DNA of 64,000 bases from an uncultured Planctomycetota bacterium (GTDB lineage Bacteria; Planctomycetota; Planctomycetia; Isosphaerales; Isosphaeraceae), in the NCBI GenBank assembly GCA_963737655.1, contig CAVTTN010000002.1:3776001-3840000 (forward strand), read 5' to 3'. Of this stretch, positions 10,915 through 20,479 are shown piece by piece. Both the position numbers and the translations under genes were made by a program. The notes under the pieces are model-generated. The model saw nothing but the letters and a program-made list of their open reading frames with translations, searched no databases and was not told the origin of the DNA. Position 1 is the stretch's first letter; each line of letters starts with the position of its first letter.

Positions 10915-11694
10915 CTATCCGAGATTTCGGGACGCCTCAACGGCCGTCCGCAGGGCCCGGACATGCGCCGAATCCGTCCCGCAACAGCCGCCCAGATAGC
11001 GCACCCCGGCCGAGAGCCAGCCGGCGACGGCCCCGGCGAACGCTTCGGGTCCATCCCGAGGCCCCGTCGGCAGTCCCGCGCTCGGCTTGGCGATCAGGGG
11101 AACCCCGATCCCTGCTAGCCTCGCGATCCCCTCGGAAACGTCCGCCAGGCCGCGCCCGCAATTCAAACCGATCGCGTCCGCGCCGAGATCGACTAGCCGG
11201 CGAACGGCGTCCGGGAACGCCTCGGGCAAGAACGCCAGGCTAACCAGCAGGCGACCCCGCCCGGCGAGCGCCTTCGTCCCGAGCTCCGCCTCCTGGACAT
11301 CGTGGGTCTCCAGGATCAGGGCATCCACGCCCGATTCCCTCAGCAAATCGGCCTGCTCGCGATAAGAATCCGCCCCGCCCCGGGCCGAGGTCGGTCCGAT
11401 CGAGCCGAAAACCAGCCGGTTCGGCCCCGCGGCCTGCCTCGCGAGTCTTGCCCCGGCCCGGTTGATCGCCTCGAACCGGCCGCCGAGCCCTCGCGATTCC
11501 AACCACGGACGGCTGGCGCCGAAGGTATTGGTGAGGACCGCGTCCGAACCGGCCTCGAAGTCGTCCCGATGGAGCTCGAAGACCCATTCGGGCCGGTCGA
11601 GATTGAGCGCGGAGAGGTCGCCCGCCGATGGGTCGGCGCCTCGGGCGATCAATCGAGTGCCGAGAGCGGCGTCGAGGACGATCGGCCGGTCAAT
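10915..11694 (-). CDS. Homocysteine S-methyltransferase family protein (stand-alone MetH Hcy-binding-like domain); start uncertain
   Basis: IVLDAALGTRL, AGSDAVLTNTFG, GSIGP, LILET, GLNC and GGCCGT zinc-ligand motifs. No in-frame canonical start; a TTG at 11693 would be in frame if one C is missing. Confidence 0.8.
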   Translation of the reverse strand: MDRPIVLDAALGTRLIARGADPSAGDLSALNLDRPEWVFELHRDDFEAGSDAVLTNTFGASRPWLESRGLGGRFEAINRAGARLARQAAGPNRLVFGSIGPTSARGGADSYREQADLLRESGVDALILETHDVQEAELGTKALAGRGRLLVSLAFLPEAFPDAVRRLVDLGADAIGLNCGRGLADVSEGIARLAGIGVPLIAKPSAGLPTGPRDGPEAFAGAVAGWLSAGVRYLGGCCGTDSAHVRALRTAVEASRNLG

Positions 11695-12743
11695 GGTCCT
11701 GGACCTTCTTGCGATAGCGCGCTGACCCGGACGAGGAAGCGGTTTTCCTCGTCGGTCAGGCTGGCGCGGCCGTCCTGGTGGATCTTCTGGAGGATCTCGT
11801 CCATCCGCTGCTCCTCGGCCGCCACGCGGGCCTCCCGGCGACGGCGGCGGAGGTCCGACCGCCTCCTCCTCCAGCGTTTCAGGGCGCTTTCGCGGAACGG
11901 GCGGACCGTGGGCGCCCCGGCTTCGAGGCTGGTATACCCCTGCGAGAAATCGTAGCCGAAGACGCCCTCGTCGAAGAATCCGCCCTCGTCGAGCATCCGG
12001 GCCTCGATCCGAACCATCCACTCGATCAGCAGGGCCAGGCCGATCAATTCGGGGCCGCCGGGGTTCTGGATCCACAACCAGCGAACGAGGCCGATGAGCG
12101 CGAGGATGGCGGCGCAGGCCCGGGCCGTCCAGGGCCCGATCAGGCCGTCCCGGGACCGGCTGGCCATGACCGCCCGGAAGACCCGGCCGCCGTCCAGGGG
12201 CATGGCGGGGATCAGGTTCGCGACGAACAGGACCCAGTTGAGATACCCGAACCAGCCGAACCACCAGGCCGGCTTGAACGCCGCGATCGGGCCCGCCGCG
12301 GTGAACGGGGCGCCGCCGGTGGTCCCGCTGCCGAACGGGTTGAAGACCATGTGGATGCCCGACAGGCGAAGGCCGATCGCCGTGCCCAGGGCCAGGCCGA
12401 GGCTCGCGGCCATCCCGCCCAGGACGGTCAACGCCGCCTCGGGCGACCGCTCCGAGGCCGTCATCCCCGGCCCGGCCAGGTGCCCGAGGGGCCAGAGCCG
12501 GATCTCCTCCGGCTCGCCGCCCACCCGCGAGGAGATGGCGGCCTGGGCCATCAGGCGGATCGCCAGCGCGAGCATCAGCAAGGCGAGCCAGGCGGCCGCC
12601 TCGATCACCGGATGCGGCCGATCCTTGATCCAGGCCGCCTCGAAGAGCTTCCCCGCGGCGAAGATCAGCAACAGGGCGTGGGCCCGGACTCGCGTCTGGC
12701 CCCACCGGCCCAGGCTGATCGACCACGTCAGCGGATCGGTCAT
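11649..12743 (-). CDS. Site-2 protease (M50)-like membrane protein with C-terminal DUF6576-like helix; HExxH absent
   Basis: WSISLGRWGQTRVRAH, IRLWPLGHLA, NLIPAMPLDGGR, FGYDFSQGYTSLE, MDEILQKIHQDGRASLTDEENRFL. The true stop may be near 11690 if an indel near 11720 is corrected. Confidence 0.8.
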   Translation of the reverse strand: MTDPLTWSISLGRWGQTRVRAHALLLIFAAGKLFEAAWIKDRPHPVIEAAAWLALLMLALAIRLMAQAAISSRVGGEPEEIRLWPLGHLAGPGMTASERSPEAALTVLGGMAASLGLALGTAIGLRLSGIHMVFNPFGSGTTGGAPFTAAGPIAAFKPAWWFGWFGYLNWVLFVANLIPAMPLDGGRVFRAVMASRSRDGLIGPWTARACAAILALIGLVRWLWIQNPGGPELIGLALLIEWMVRIEARMLDEGGFFDEGVFGYDFSQGYTSLEAGAPTVRPFRESALKRWRRRRSDLRRRRREARVAAEEQRMDEILQKIHQDGRASLTDEENRFLVRVSALSQEGPGPLTGRSSSTPLSALD

Positions 12744-12852
12744 GGGTATCCATCCGAGGCGGGTTGCGGACGGTCCGACCATGTCCCCGCCAACCAATCC
12801 AGTGTAGCAATGCCGGGAAGCCCCTGCAACGGAGCGCGCCCGGCCCCTCCCC

Positions 12853-14145
12853 TCAGGGCCGGCTCGCCATCGGTGCCGACTCCCGGACTTTGGGGGAGGC
12901 GATCTCCGCGAGCGTCCGGTCGAAGGCGTCGTGGTGCTCGAAGAAGCCGCAATGCCGGGCCGGGGCGAGCTCTTGCAGCGAGGCCGCGGGCATCTCCTCG
13001 GCCATCTTCCGGCTGGCCTCGGGCAAGCAGGTGGCGTCCTTGTCCCCCGTGACGACCAGGCACGGCACGGGCAGGACCGGCGGGACGGCCGTCGCGTCGT
13101 ACCGGATCATCCCCAGCATCCCCCGGGCCAGGACGGCCGGCGAGGCCCTCGGCACGAACCGGGTGAGGAAGTCGAGCTGCTCGGACGTCTCGGTCCCCGC
13201 GAACGACGATTTCGCCGTGGACCGCCGGGCCGACCCATTCCAGTAGCTCAGCCAGTTCATGCCCCAGACCAGCGGCGACAGGGCAATCGTCAGGTGCATC
13301 AGGGGGACCAGGACCGGCCTTTCCAGGGCCTTGTAGAACGCCGCGTTTCGGGTCGTCGTCACCGGGTCGGTGTACGTCGTGTTCGTCAGGACGAGCGCCG
13401 AGACCTTCGAGCCCAGGGCGTCCGGGTGGGTGCGGGCATAGGTCAGCGCGATCATCCCGCCGATGCTGTGCCCCACCAGGACCGCCGGCCGTCCCCCGGC
13501 CAGGTCGATCACGGCGTCGAGGTGCCCGGCGAGCGTCTCCAGGCGATAATCGCCGTCGTCGGGCCTCTTCGACTTCCCGAGCCCGGGGAGGTCCCAGAGG
13601 ATCAGCCGATACCGATCGCCCAGGCTCTGCTTCACGTACGTCCAGGCCGTGCTGTCCAGCCCCCAGCCGTGGGTCAAGACCATCGGGACGGCTTCCGGAG
13701 GGCCGACGAACTCGACGTGGATCTCGGCGCCTCCCGGCCGCTTGAGGGTGACGAACTCCGGGCTCCGATCGGCCCGGGGCGGGACGTTCCGCCTCTTCGA
13801 ACCGGCCCCCCGAGCGGCCTCGGTCCCGCTCAGCCAGGCCGACATCAGCCGCCCGCCCAGCAGCGCCCAGACGACCAGGGCCACGGCGCCGATCAGCTCG
13901 GCCGTCTCGCGATTGGCCCCGGGGTGGAACTCGTAGCGGCGGATCACCCGCCGAGGCCGGACCTCCGGGACCTCCCGCCCCGATCCGTCGGTCGATTCGC
14001 GGACGACCTCCCCCGGCTGGACCGCCACGACGACCTGCGAATCCTCGTACCAGCTCCGGAACAGCCAGGCCGACCCCGCGAGGATCGCCACCGCCAGGAG
14101 GCCCCGGAACCACATCCCGAGGATGGACGTCGGCAAGAAATACAT
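12853..14145 (-). CDS. Alpha/beta-fold hydrolase with two N-terminal hydrophobic segments
   Basis: LTHGWG, DLPGLGKS, nucleophile elbow GHSIGG, TGDKD and C-terminal ARHCGFFE. Confidence 0.88.
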   Translation of the reverse strand: MYFLPTSILGMWFRGLLAVAILAGSAWLFRSWYEDSQVVVAVQPGEVVRESTDGSGREVPEVRPRRVIRRYEFHPGANRETAELIGAVALVVWALLGGRLMSAWLSGTEAARGAGSKRRNVPPRADRSPEFVTLKRPGGAEIHVEFVGPPEAVPMVLTHGWGLDSTAWTYVKQSLGDRYRLILWDLPGLGKSKRPDDGDYRLETLAGHLDAVIDLAGGRPAVLVGHSIGGMIALTYARTHPDALGSKVSALVLTNTTYTDPVTTTRNAAFYKALERPVLVPLMHLTIALSPLVWGMNWLSYWNGSARRSTAKSSFAGTETSEQLDFLTRFVPRASPAVLARGMLGMIRYDATAVPPVLPVPCLVVTGDKDATCLPEASRKMAEEMPAASLQELAPARHCGFFEHHDAFDRTLAEIASPKVRESAPMASRP

Positions 14146-14291
14146 CGTTGCTAACCTTTCGACTCGTGCCTCGCTCCGCGAACCCGATCGTCCCCACGTC
14201 GCAACTCGCGCGCCGATCGGTTGGGCTTGCCCGGCCCGGGGGCCTCGCTACAATCCCCCCGAGTCCCGACCGCCCGGCAGGAGGCCCGTCG

Positions 14292-14861
14292 ATGAAGACC
14301 CGCCGACGCATCGCCCTCGGCGTCCTCGTCGCGCTGGGGGCGACCGCCGCCGGACTCGCCCAGACATGGCCTCGATGGTTCGAGGTCCGCGTCCGGGCCG
14401 TCGAGCCGGGCCGGATCTATCGAGGCGCCTGGCAGAAGACCGGCCCCCTGCTCCGCCTCCTGGCGCGGGAGAAGGTCCGGACGGTCGTCACGCTGACCGC
14501 CATCAACCGCGACGATCCGAAATATGTCGAACAATCCGCGGCGCTGGCGGAGGCCGGGGTCAACTGGATCATCGTCCCCATGAGGGGCTCGACGGCCTCC
14601 CTGGATCAGATGGCCGAGGCCGCCGACCTCGTGGCCGACCCGGCCCTCCAGCCCGTTTTTTTCCATTGCGTGGGCGGCCACCACCGCTCCAACCTGGTCC
14701 AGGCCGCCTATCGCGTCCGCCACCAGGGCTGGACCGCCGATCGAGCCTGGGACGAGCTGAAATCGCTCTCGTGGACCCGCCCCTCGGCCCCGGCCGACCG
14801 TTCCGACCGCGCCCGGATCGAGGCCTTCGCCGCCAGGGTCGCCAATGGGTCGCGACGATGA
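14292..14861 (+). CDS. Protein-tyrosine/dual-specificity phosphatase-like protein with N-terminal anchor
   Basis: MKTRRRIALGVLVALG; GRIYRG; P-loop HCVGGHHRS (CX5R). Confidence 0.85.
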   Translation: MKTRRRIALGVLVALGATAAGLAQTWPRWFEVRVRAVEPGRIYRGAWQKTGPLLRLLAREKVRTVVTLTAINRDDPKYVEQSAALAEAGVNWIIVPMRGSTASLDQMAEAADLVADPALQPVFFHCVGGHHRSNLVQAAYRVRHQGWTADRAWDELKSLSWTRPSAPADRSDRARIEAFAARVANGSRR

Positions 14862-15589
14862 CCCGCCGCCTCGTCCGGCCGATCATTCGCGTCCTGTTCG
14901 TCGCGGTCCTGGCCGTGGGTGCGTTCGTCGCGGCCCGCTGGGCCTCGGGGAACGTGGGGACGGTCCAGGCCGGGCGGATCTATCGCGCCGGCCAGCCCTC
15001 GCCCTCGAAGATCGCCGGGCTCGCCCGCCGATATCGGCTCAGGACCGTGGTGAACCTCCGCGGAGAGAACGGCGATCAGCCGTGGTATCGCGGCGAACGG
15101 GCCGCCTCGCTCGACGCCGGCGCTTCCCAGGTCGATTTCCCGATGTCCTCCGACCAGTGGCTCTCCCGCGAGCAATTCGCCACCCTCATCGAGCTCCTGG
15201 ACACATCCGAATACCCGATTCTCGTCCACTGCGAGTGGGGCGCCGAGCGGACCGGGCTGGTCTCGGCCGTGGCCGAGCTGCTCCGCCCCGGCGCGTCCCT
15301 GGCCGACGCCCGGGCCCAGTTCTCCCCGTACTATCTGTTCCTGCCGATGAAGGACGGCCTGGTGATGAGGGGCCATCTCGACCGCTACGAGGGCTGGCTG
15401 GCGGCGTCGCGGACCGTGCATTCGTCCGAGGCCTTCCGACGGTGGGTGGCCCACCACTACTGGCCCGGCAGCCCGAGCCGCGAATACTGGCCCGAGGACG
15501 TCTATCCCCTGAAGGTCGTGACCAGGCCGGGAGGCCGGAGGGTCGCCCTCTGGGGCCAGTTCGCCAGAGAACGCACGATCCGCCGCTGA
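14858..15589 (+). CDS. Second tyrosine-phosphatase-like protein with N-terminal anchor
   Basis: ATGA overlap with the previous gene; GRIYRAGQP, TVVNLRG, P-loop HCEWGAERTG (CX5R). Confidence 0.85.
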   Translation: MTRRLVRPIIRVLFVAVLAVGAFVAARWASGNVGTVQAGRIYRAGQPSPSKIAGLARRYRLRTVVNLRGENGDQPWYRGERAASLDAGASQVDFPMSSDQWLSREQFATLIELLDTSEYPILVHCEWGAERTGLVSAVAELLRPGASLADARAQFSPYYLFLPMKDGLVMRGHLDRYEGWLAASRTVHSSEAFRRWVAHHYWPGSPSREYWPEDVYPLKVVTRPGGRRVALWGQFARERTIRR

Positions 15590-15644
15590 TGCCGAGGATC
15601 GGCTTTGGAGCCGCTACCGTTCGGATGAGGCGGTTGATCATTCC

Positions 15645-15696
15645 TAGGGCAGGCCTTGGCCTGCCGTCGGTCTCGGCAGGCCAAGGCCTGCCCTAC
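15645..15696. repeat. GTAG-type REP inverted doublet, family B
   Basis: TAGGGCAGGCCTTGGCCTGCCG (15645-15666) and its exact reverse complement (15674-15695), ending CTAC; lies between convergent genes. Confidence 0.8.
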
Positions 15697-15750
15697 GAGG
15701 GCGCAGAGGACCGTTCGGAAGTCTACCGCTACAGTCAAATGAAAATCGCA

Positions 15751-17235
15751 CTAATCCGCCGGGACGCAGCGGTCCTTCGCCCAGGCGCGGAGCTCGCGGA
15801 TCTTCTCGGCCATCGTCACGGCCAGGGTGCGCGTGGTGGCGATCTCGGCCAGGAGGTGCGACGTGGTGACCTCCTGGTCCTCGGCGAACGCGGCGTACAT
15901 CGCGGCGACGATCGCCGACTCGATCTCCGCCCCGCTGAAGCCGTCGGCGGCCTCCGCCAGCCGGTTCAGGTCGAACGCCTCGGGCTTCCTCTTGCGCTTC
16001 TTGAGGTGGATCCCGAAAATCCTGGCACGCGAAGGCGCATCGGGGAGGTCGACGAAGAAGATCTCATCGAATCGCCCCTTCCTCATCAGTTCCGGCGGCA
16101 GCGCCGAGATGGTGTTGGCCGTGGCCACGAGGAAGATCGGGTGCCGGTGGTCCTGCATCCAGGAGAGGAGCGTGCCGAACATCCGCTGCGACAGCCCGCC
16201 GTCGGCCGAATCCGCGCCGGCCGAGGCGAACGCCTTCTCGATCTCGTCCACCCACAGGACGACCGGGGCCATCGCCTCGGCCTGGGCCAGCGCCTGCCGC
16301 AATCGCCCCTCGCTCTCCCCCACGAATTTCTGATAGAGCACGCCCGGGTCGAGCCGGAGCAGGGGCATGTTCCAGTCGCTCGCCACGACCTTCGCGCACA
16401 GGCTCTTGCCGCATCCCTGGACGCCCAGCAGGAGCATCCCCCGAGGGGCGTCCAGCCCGTAATCGCGCGCCTTCTTGCCGAGCGCCCCCCGGCGTTTCTT
16501 GAGCCATCGCTTGAGGTTCTCCAGCCCGCCGATCTCGTCCGGGCCGAAGTCCGTGGCGATCGTCTCCAGGCAGCCCGAGGAACCCAGGAGCATCCGCTTG
16601 GCGTCCAGGATGCGCGGGAGGTCCTCTCCGTTCAAAATATGATCGTCGAGGATCGCCGAGGCGACCACCCGCCTCGCCTCCGAGCCGGTGAGGCCCCGGA
16701 GGCTCTGGATCATCTGCTCCGCCTGCCCCTTGCTGATCTCGGCGCGGACCTCCACCAGGCTCCTCGCGCGGACCTGCCGGAACGTGTCGCGGACGACCCG
16801 CTCCAGTTCCTCCGCGTCGGGCATCTTCACCGGGAACGGCACGCACGACCGCCGGACCGCGTCGGGCAGGGGAGACGCATCGACCAGGATCAACGCGAAC
16901 TCGGGCGAGCCGTCGCGGTCGCGGAGGTCTCGGACCATCCTCTGGAGGTACGGATCGCCCGCATGGGCGCCAAAGTCGTTGAACACATAAACGGCCGGCT
17001 CCTCGGCGTCCCGGACGTGGATCAGGGCCTCGTCCGGCTTGTTCGGGACCACGAACACCGAGCCGTCCGTCGCGCCATCGCCGGCCAGGCCCGTGGTGAT
17101 CGACCACCGCACGAGAGGCCAGTTCTGCTCGGCCGCCAGCGACCGGGCGATCGCCAGCGCCTTCGGCTCGTCGGCCGTCTCCATCGCGATCACGCGATTG
17201 CCCGACCGGACCAGCAATCCCAGATTATCCAGCAT
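15751..17235 (-). CDS. AAA+ ATPase, Ycf46-like
   Basis: Degenerate N-terminal AAA half; IGGLENLKRWL, Walker A GVQGCGKS, Walker B LWVDEIEK, ATAN..LPPELMRKGRFDEIFFVDLP, GFSGAEIE. Confidence 0.9.
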   Translation of the reverse strand: MLDNLGLLVRSGNRVIAMETADEPKALAIARSLAAEQNWPLVRWSITTGLAGDGATDGSVFVVPNKPDEALIHVRDAEEPAVYVFNDFGAHAGDPYLQRMVRDLRDRDGSPEFALILVDASPLPDAVRRSCVPFPVKMPDAEELERVVRDTFRQVRARSLVEVRAEISKGQAEQMIQSLRGLTGSEARRVVASAILDDHILNGEDLPRILDAKRMLLGSSGCLETIATDFGPDEIGGLENLKRWLKKRRGALGKKARDYGLDAPRGMLLLGVQGCGKSLCAKVVASDWNMPLLRLDPGVLYQKFVGESEGRLRQALAQAEAMAPVVLWVDEIEKAFASAGADSADGGLSQRMFGTLLSWMQDHRHPIFLVATANTISALPPELMRKGRFDEIFFVDLPDAPSRARIFGIHLKKRKRKPEAFDLNRLAEAADGFSGAEIESAIVAAMYAAFAEDQEVTTSHLLAEIATTRTLAVTMAEKIRELRAWAKDRCVPAD

Positions 17236-17596
17236 CGGAGCCTGCCCCCGGGTCCCGCACGACCTGGAAATCTGGGTGATATGCTCACGTCTTCGTGAAC
17301 AGGTCCCCGGCCGTGGCCAACGGCCAAAGACATGCTCACTTTTATGCAAGCATGCCGCCCAGGAAACGAACCGTCGAGGTCCAGCCCGAGACTCTAACGG
17401 CTCCGGGACGATCCCGCCAACCAATTCCCGAATCCCACGGTCAGATTGCATGCATGGATTTGCAACAGATCAGTCTGTTTTGTTCCATGGAACTTGACAA
17501 CAATTTCGGGAACTTGACTACACTTTCGTCCTCGAACATGCCTCAAACGGCCTGAAACAAGCCAAATCCTGCATGTCAACGACTCTTGCCAGCGGC

Positions 17597-17618
17597 AAAA
17601 TTCAGACATCTGAATTTT
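17597..17618. promoter_or_regulatory. Candidate operator palindrome in an AT-rich divergent intergenic region
   Basis: Perfect inverted repeat AAAATTCAGA-CA-TCTGAATTTT; TTGACA hexamers at 17494 and 17646. Confidence 0.45.
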
Positions 17619-17958
17619 TTGGAAATAACGCCGCAAAGCAAGCCCTTGACAAAAGATGTGGCGACGACTCCGAATTGTTTCGAGGAACGAAAACCTGTCC
17701 GAAATGCGCAGTGTCGGTCCATCGGCCGGAGGCCGTCGAGATCGTCGTTCCGGATGTCACTCCGGGCCCGGTCGTGACATCTTGGGCGCGCCTCGTTGCG
17801 GATTGGGCGATCGGGCGGACCGTCGGCCCCGATGATGGACGGAAAGGGTCCGGCCGAGAATCGCGGGGAGCACGCCTCGCCGGGATTGTCCCGGGGCGGT
17901 CCGCCCCGTACCTTACCTTTGCGGGGCAGTCCGTCACCCGGAGCAGATCGGAAGGCGC

Positions 17959-19461
17959 GTGATGATGGGGGCCGTCCTGGCGATGATCTTGATGGGTCCG
18001 CCGCTCGCGGCCGACGGCCCGGCGGTCTCCGTCCAGCTCGACCGCCCCGACGAACTCCTTCGGCGAGTGCTGGACTGCTTCGGCGGGACGGGGTTTTCGG
18101 GACCGGCCGAGGTCCTGGCCGCCTGGCGGAAGACCCCGGCCGGCGCGGCCGGCCTGGGCAAGCCGATGGAGGCCGGGATTGCCGCGCTCAACCCGTTCAT
18201 GGTCGCCGAGTTACGGATTCTTGACGGGACGGAGATCGCGATCGAATCCCCGGCCCCTCTGGCCTGGTGGGCCGCCGTCCCCCGCGACGACGGCAGCTTC
18301 GCCGCGACCGCGCCGGCCCTCGGCCTGACTGACGGCGCAGCCGAAACTCCGCTGAATGGAGCCGCCGTCGATCGGCTCGGCCCTCCCGGCTCGGCCCTGA
18401 TCGCCCGTCGAGGAAGAACCCTCGCCCTGGCGAACTCGCGAGCCGGACTCGGTTCGGGACTCAAGCGAGCCCAGGCACTCGCCGCGACGGACATCGATCG
18501 CCATCGTTCACCAGGGCTGCGTTTGGTCCTGAATCCCGATCGGCTCGCGGCGGCCTCGTCGATCGAGGCGAGACAGGTGGCCGAGGCCCTCCGAGGGCTG
18601 GGTTGTCGGTCCCTGGAGGCCGTGGCGACGATCGAGGGAGACCGTCTGCTCGTGAACGTCCGCTCGGCCCGGACCGGGGCGGCGCCCCCTGGCCGGATTG
18701 ATCCGTCCTGGCTCGCGGCGATCCCCGCGAATGCCTCGGCCGCGTTCGCTTTCGCGTGGGATGGTTCGCCCGGGGCCTGGAATGCCCGGTTTGCCGCCGC
18801 CGATCGGGTCGAGAAGGCGGACCCTGCGAATGCGAAGCTCGCGCCGATCCGGGTCCGGCTGAACCTCCTGGCGTCGGCCGCCGGCATCCGGCCCGAGGTC
18901 GACCTCTGGCCCAAACTCCTGGGGATTTCGGGCTTTGCGACCTCCGAGGGGTCGCGATGGACCGGCGGAGCGATGGGCTTGCACCTGATCGACGAGGCCT
19001 CGGCGGGGAGGGTCCTCGAACGCGTCCTCCCGACGATCGCCCGGGCGTTGCAGCTCTCACCAATCGGCCCCGACGGCGATTCGACGCGGCTGGGCGAGTT
19101 CGCCGGCCGCCCTCTGGTCGCATTTCGTCGCCATCGAGCGGTCTGGATCGCCTGGGGACCGGAAGCGAGGCTCGGGATGGTCAAGGCGAGCGACTTGCCG
19201 GATGGCGGGGCGATCCTCGGCGCCCTTTTGGGCGATCGGCCCGCCTCGCGGTTCCTCGTGGCCTGGCCCGGCCGGATCGTCCCGAGCGGCTTTGGCCCCC
19301 TCTGGAAAGACGCCCTCTCGGCGGCGTCGCCGATCGTCTGGCGAGGCTTCGAGGAGCCGGATCGAGCCGAGGACGACGTGGTCTGGTCGAGCCTGAAACC
19401 GGCCGTCGGCCGATTCGTTCTGGGCCTGCCACTCGATCCGCAACTCAGGACCGGGAAATAG
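17959..19461 (+). CDS. Hypothetical exported protein (500 aa)
   Basis: Long ORF with signal-peptide-like start (GAVLAMILMGPPLAA); ends 1 nt before the next gene. Confidence 0.7.
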   Translation: MMMGAVLAMILMGPPLAADGPAVSVQLDRPDELLRRVLDCFGGTGFSGPAEVLAAWRKTPAGAAGLGKPMEAGIAALNPFMVAELRILDGTEIAIESPAPLAWWAAVPRDDGSFAATAPALGLTDGAAETPLNGAAVDRLGPPGSALIARRGRTLALANSRAGLGSGLKRAQALAATDIDRHRSPGLRLVLNPDRLAAASSIEARQVAEALRGLGCRSLEAVATIEGDRLLVNVRSARTGAAPPGRIDPSWLAAIPANASAAFAFAWDGSPGAWNARFAAADRVEKADPANAKLAPIRVRLNLLASAAGIRPEVDLWPKLLGISGFATSEGSRWTGGAMGLHLIDEASAGRVLERVLPTIARALQLSPIGPDGDSTRLGEFAGRPLVAFRRHRAVWIAWGPEARLGMVKASDLPDGGAILGALLGDRPASRFLVAWPGRIVPSGFGPLWKDALSAASPIVWRGFEEPDRAEDDVVWSSLKPAVGRFVLGLPLDPQLRTGK

Positions 19462-19462
19462 G

Positions 19463-20392
19463 ATGCGTCCGCTTCGCCTGATTGATCTCCATCTGGACTG
19501 GCTCGCGCAGTACGCCCCCGAAACCTCGCTGTTCCCGGCCGGCAGCCATCGGACCGTTTCGACCCGGCTGGGTCAGGTCGAGGGCTACCTCGGGGCGACC
19601 TCCGCGGCCGTGGTCTGGGCCTCGGCCGACCCCGATCGGGGCTGGCCGGCGCTCGGCGACCTGATCGCCCGGGTCGAGGCCGAGTTCTCCGGCCGCTTGC
19701 TCACAGGCCCCACCGACCTCGCCCGATGGGCCGACGACCCCGACGGCCTGACCTGGGCCGTCCTCGGAATCGCCGGGATCGGACCGATGTTGAAGGCCGA
19801 TAACGATTTCGAGCGCCTGAATCAACTCATCGCCCGAGGGGTCCGCGTCGTTCGAACTGCCGCCCTCGGCCCGGAAACTTGCGAGGAACTGGTTAATTCA
19901 GCCGTTCTAGAGAGACTGGCGAAAGAGACCACGGTGAAGGTGGCCATCGATTTGGGAGGGCTGGATGCGGAGAGGGCCTCGAAGGCGATCGAGGAATTCG
20001 AGAAGGCGAACGATCGCCAGACGGGCCCGGTCCCGATGGTAAGTCTCACCGGGATCGATTCAGCGGCCCTCGGCGCGTCTGGGCTCGCCCGGGTCCGGGC
20101 CCTGGGCGGAATCATCGGGCTGGCGATCGGCCCGCCGTTCTTCGCCTCGAAGGACGCGATCCGCGAAGCCGTGGCCTCGATCGCGGCGCTCCCGTTTCGC
20201 GGCCAAACCGGGCCGGAAGGGATCGCCCTGGCCACGAATTTCCTCGGGATGGATCGGCCGATCCATGGCCTGGAGGACGCCGAAGACGTGGTCCGATGGG
20301 TTCGGGCCGAGTTCGACCCGCCGACCGCCCGGCTCCTCCTGGCGGGGAATGCGGAGACGTGGATTCGGTCGCTGGTCGGGGGGATGGGCTGA
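19463..20392 (+). CDS. Membrane dipeptidase (M19)/amidohydrolase-like protein, degenerate active site
   Basis: LIDLHLDW start, GVRVV, VAIDL, LGGIIGL, GIALATNFLG and LLAGNA occur in M19 order. Confidence 0.65.
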   Translation: MRPLRLIDLHLDWLAQYAPETSLFPAGSHRTVSTRLGQVEGYLGATSAAVVWASADPDRGWPALGDLIARVEAEFSGRLLTGPTDLARWADDPDGLTWAVLGIAGIGPMLKADNDFERLNQLIARGVRVVRTAALGPETCEELVNSAVLERLAKETTVKVAIDLGGLDAERASKAIEEFEKANDRQTGPVPMVSLTGIDSAALGASGLARVRALGGIIGLAIGPPFFASKDAIREAVASIAALPFRGQTGPEGIALATNFLGMDRPIHGLEDAEDVVRWVRAEFDPPTARLLLAGNAETWIRSLVGGMG

Positions 20393-20479
20393 GAATCCCT
20401 GCCGGGTCCGCGGACGGCCCCCCGCCGATTCGAGGAAGAATGGGCGAGGCGCCGTCCGCGGACCCGGCAAGGGGCGATC

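Noticed and set aside
10915..12810. 631-aa ORF as one long methyltransferase
   Set aside because: The first ~370 aa are an alternative frame of the M50-like gene; methyltransferase motifs start only near 11690.
17590..17660. c-di-GMP-I riboswitch-like words (GGCAAA ... GCAAAGC)
   Set aside because: No GNRA loop, wrong spacing and no second stem; better explained as a DNA palindrome.
17300..17720. AT-rich region as replication origin
   Set aside because: No cluster of DnaA boxes seen and no dnaA, dnaN or parAB context.
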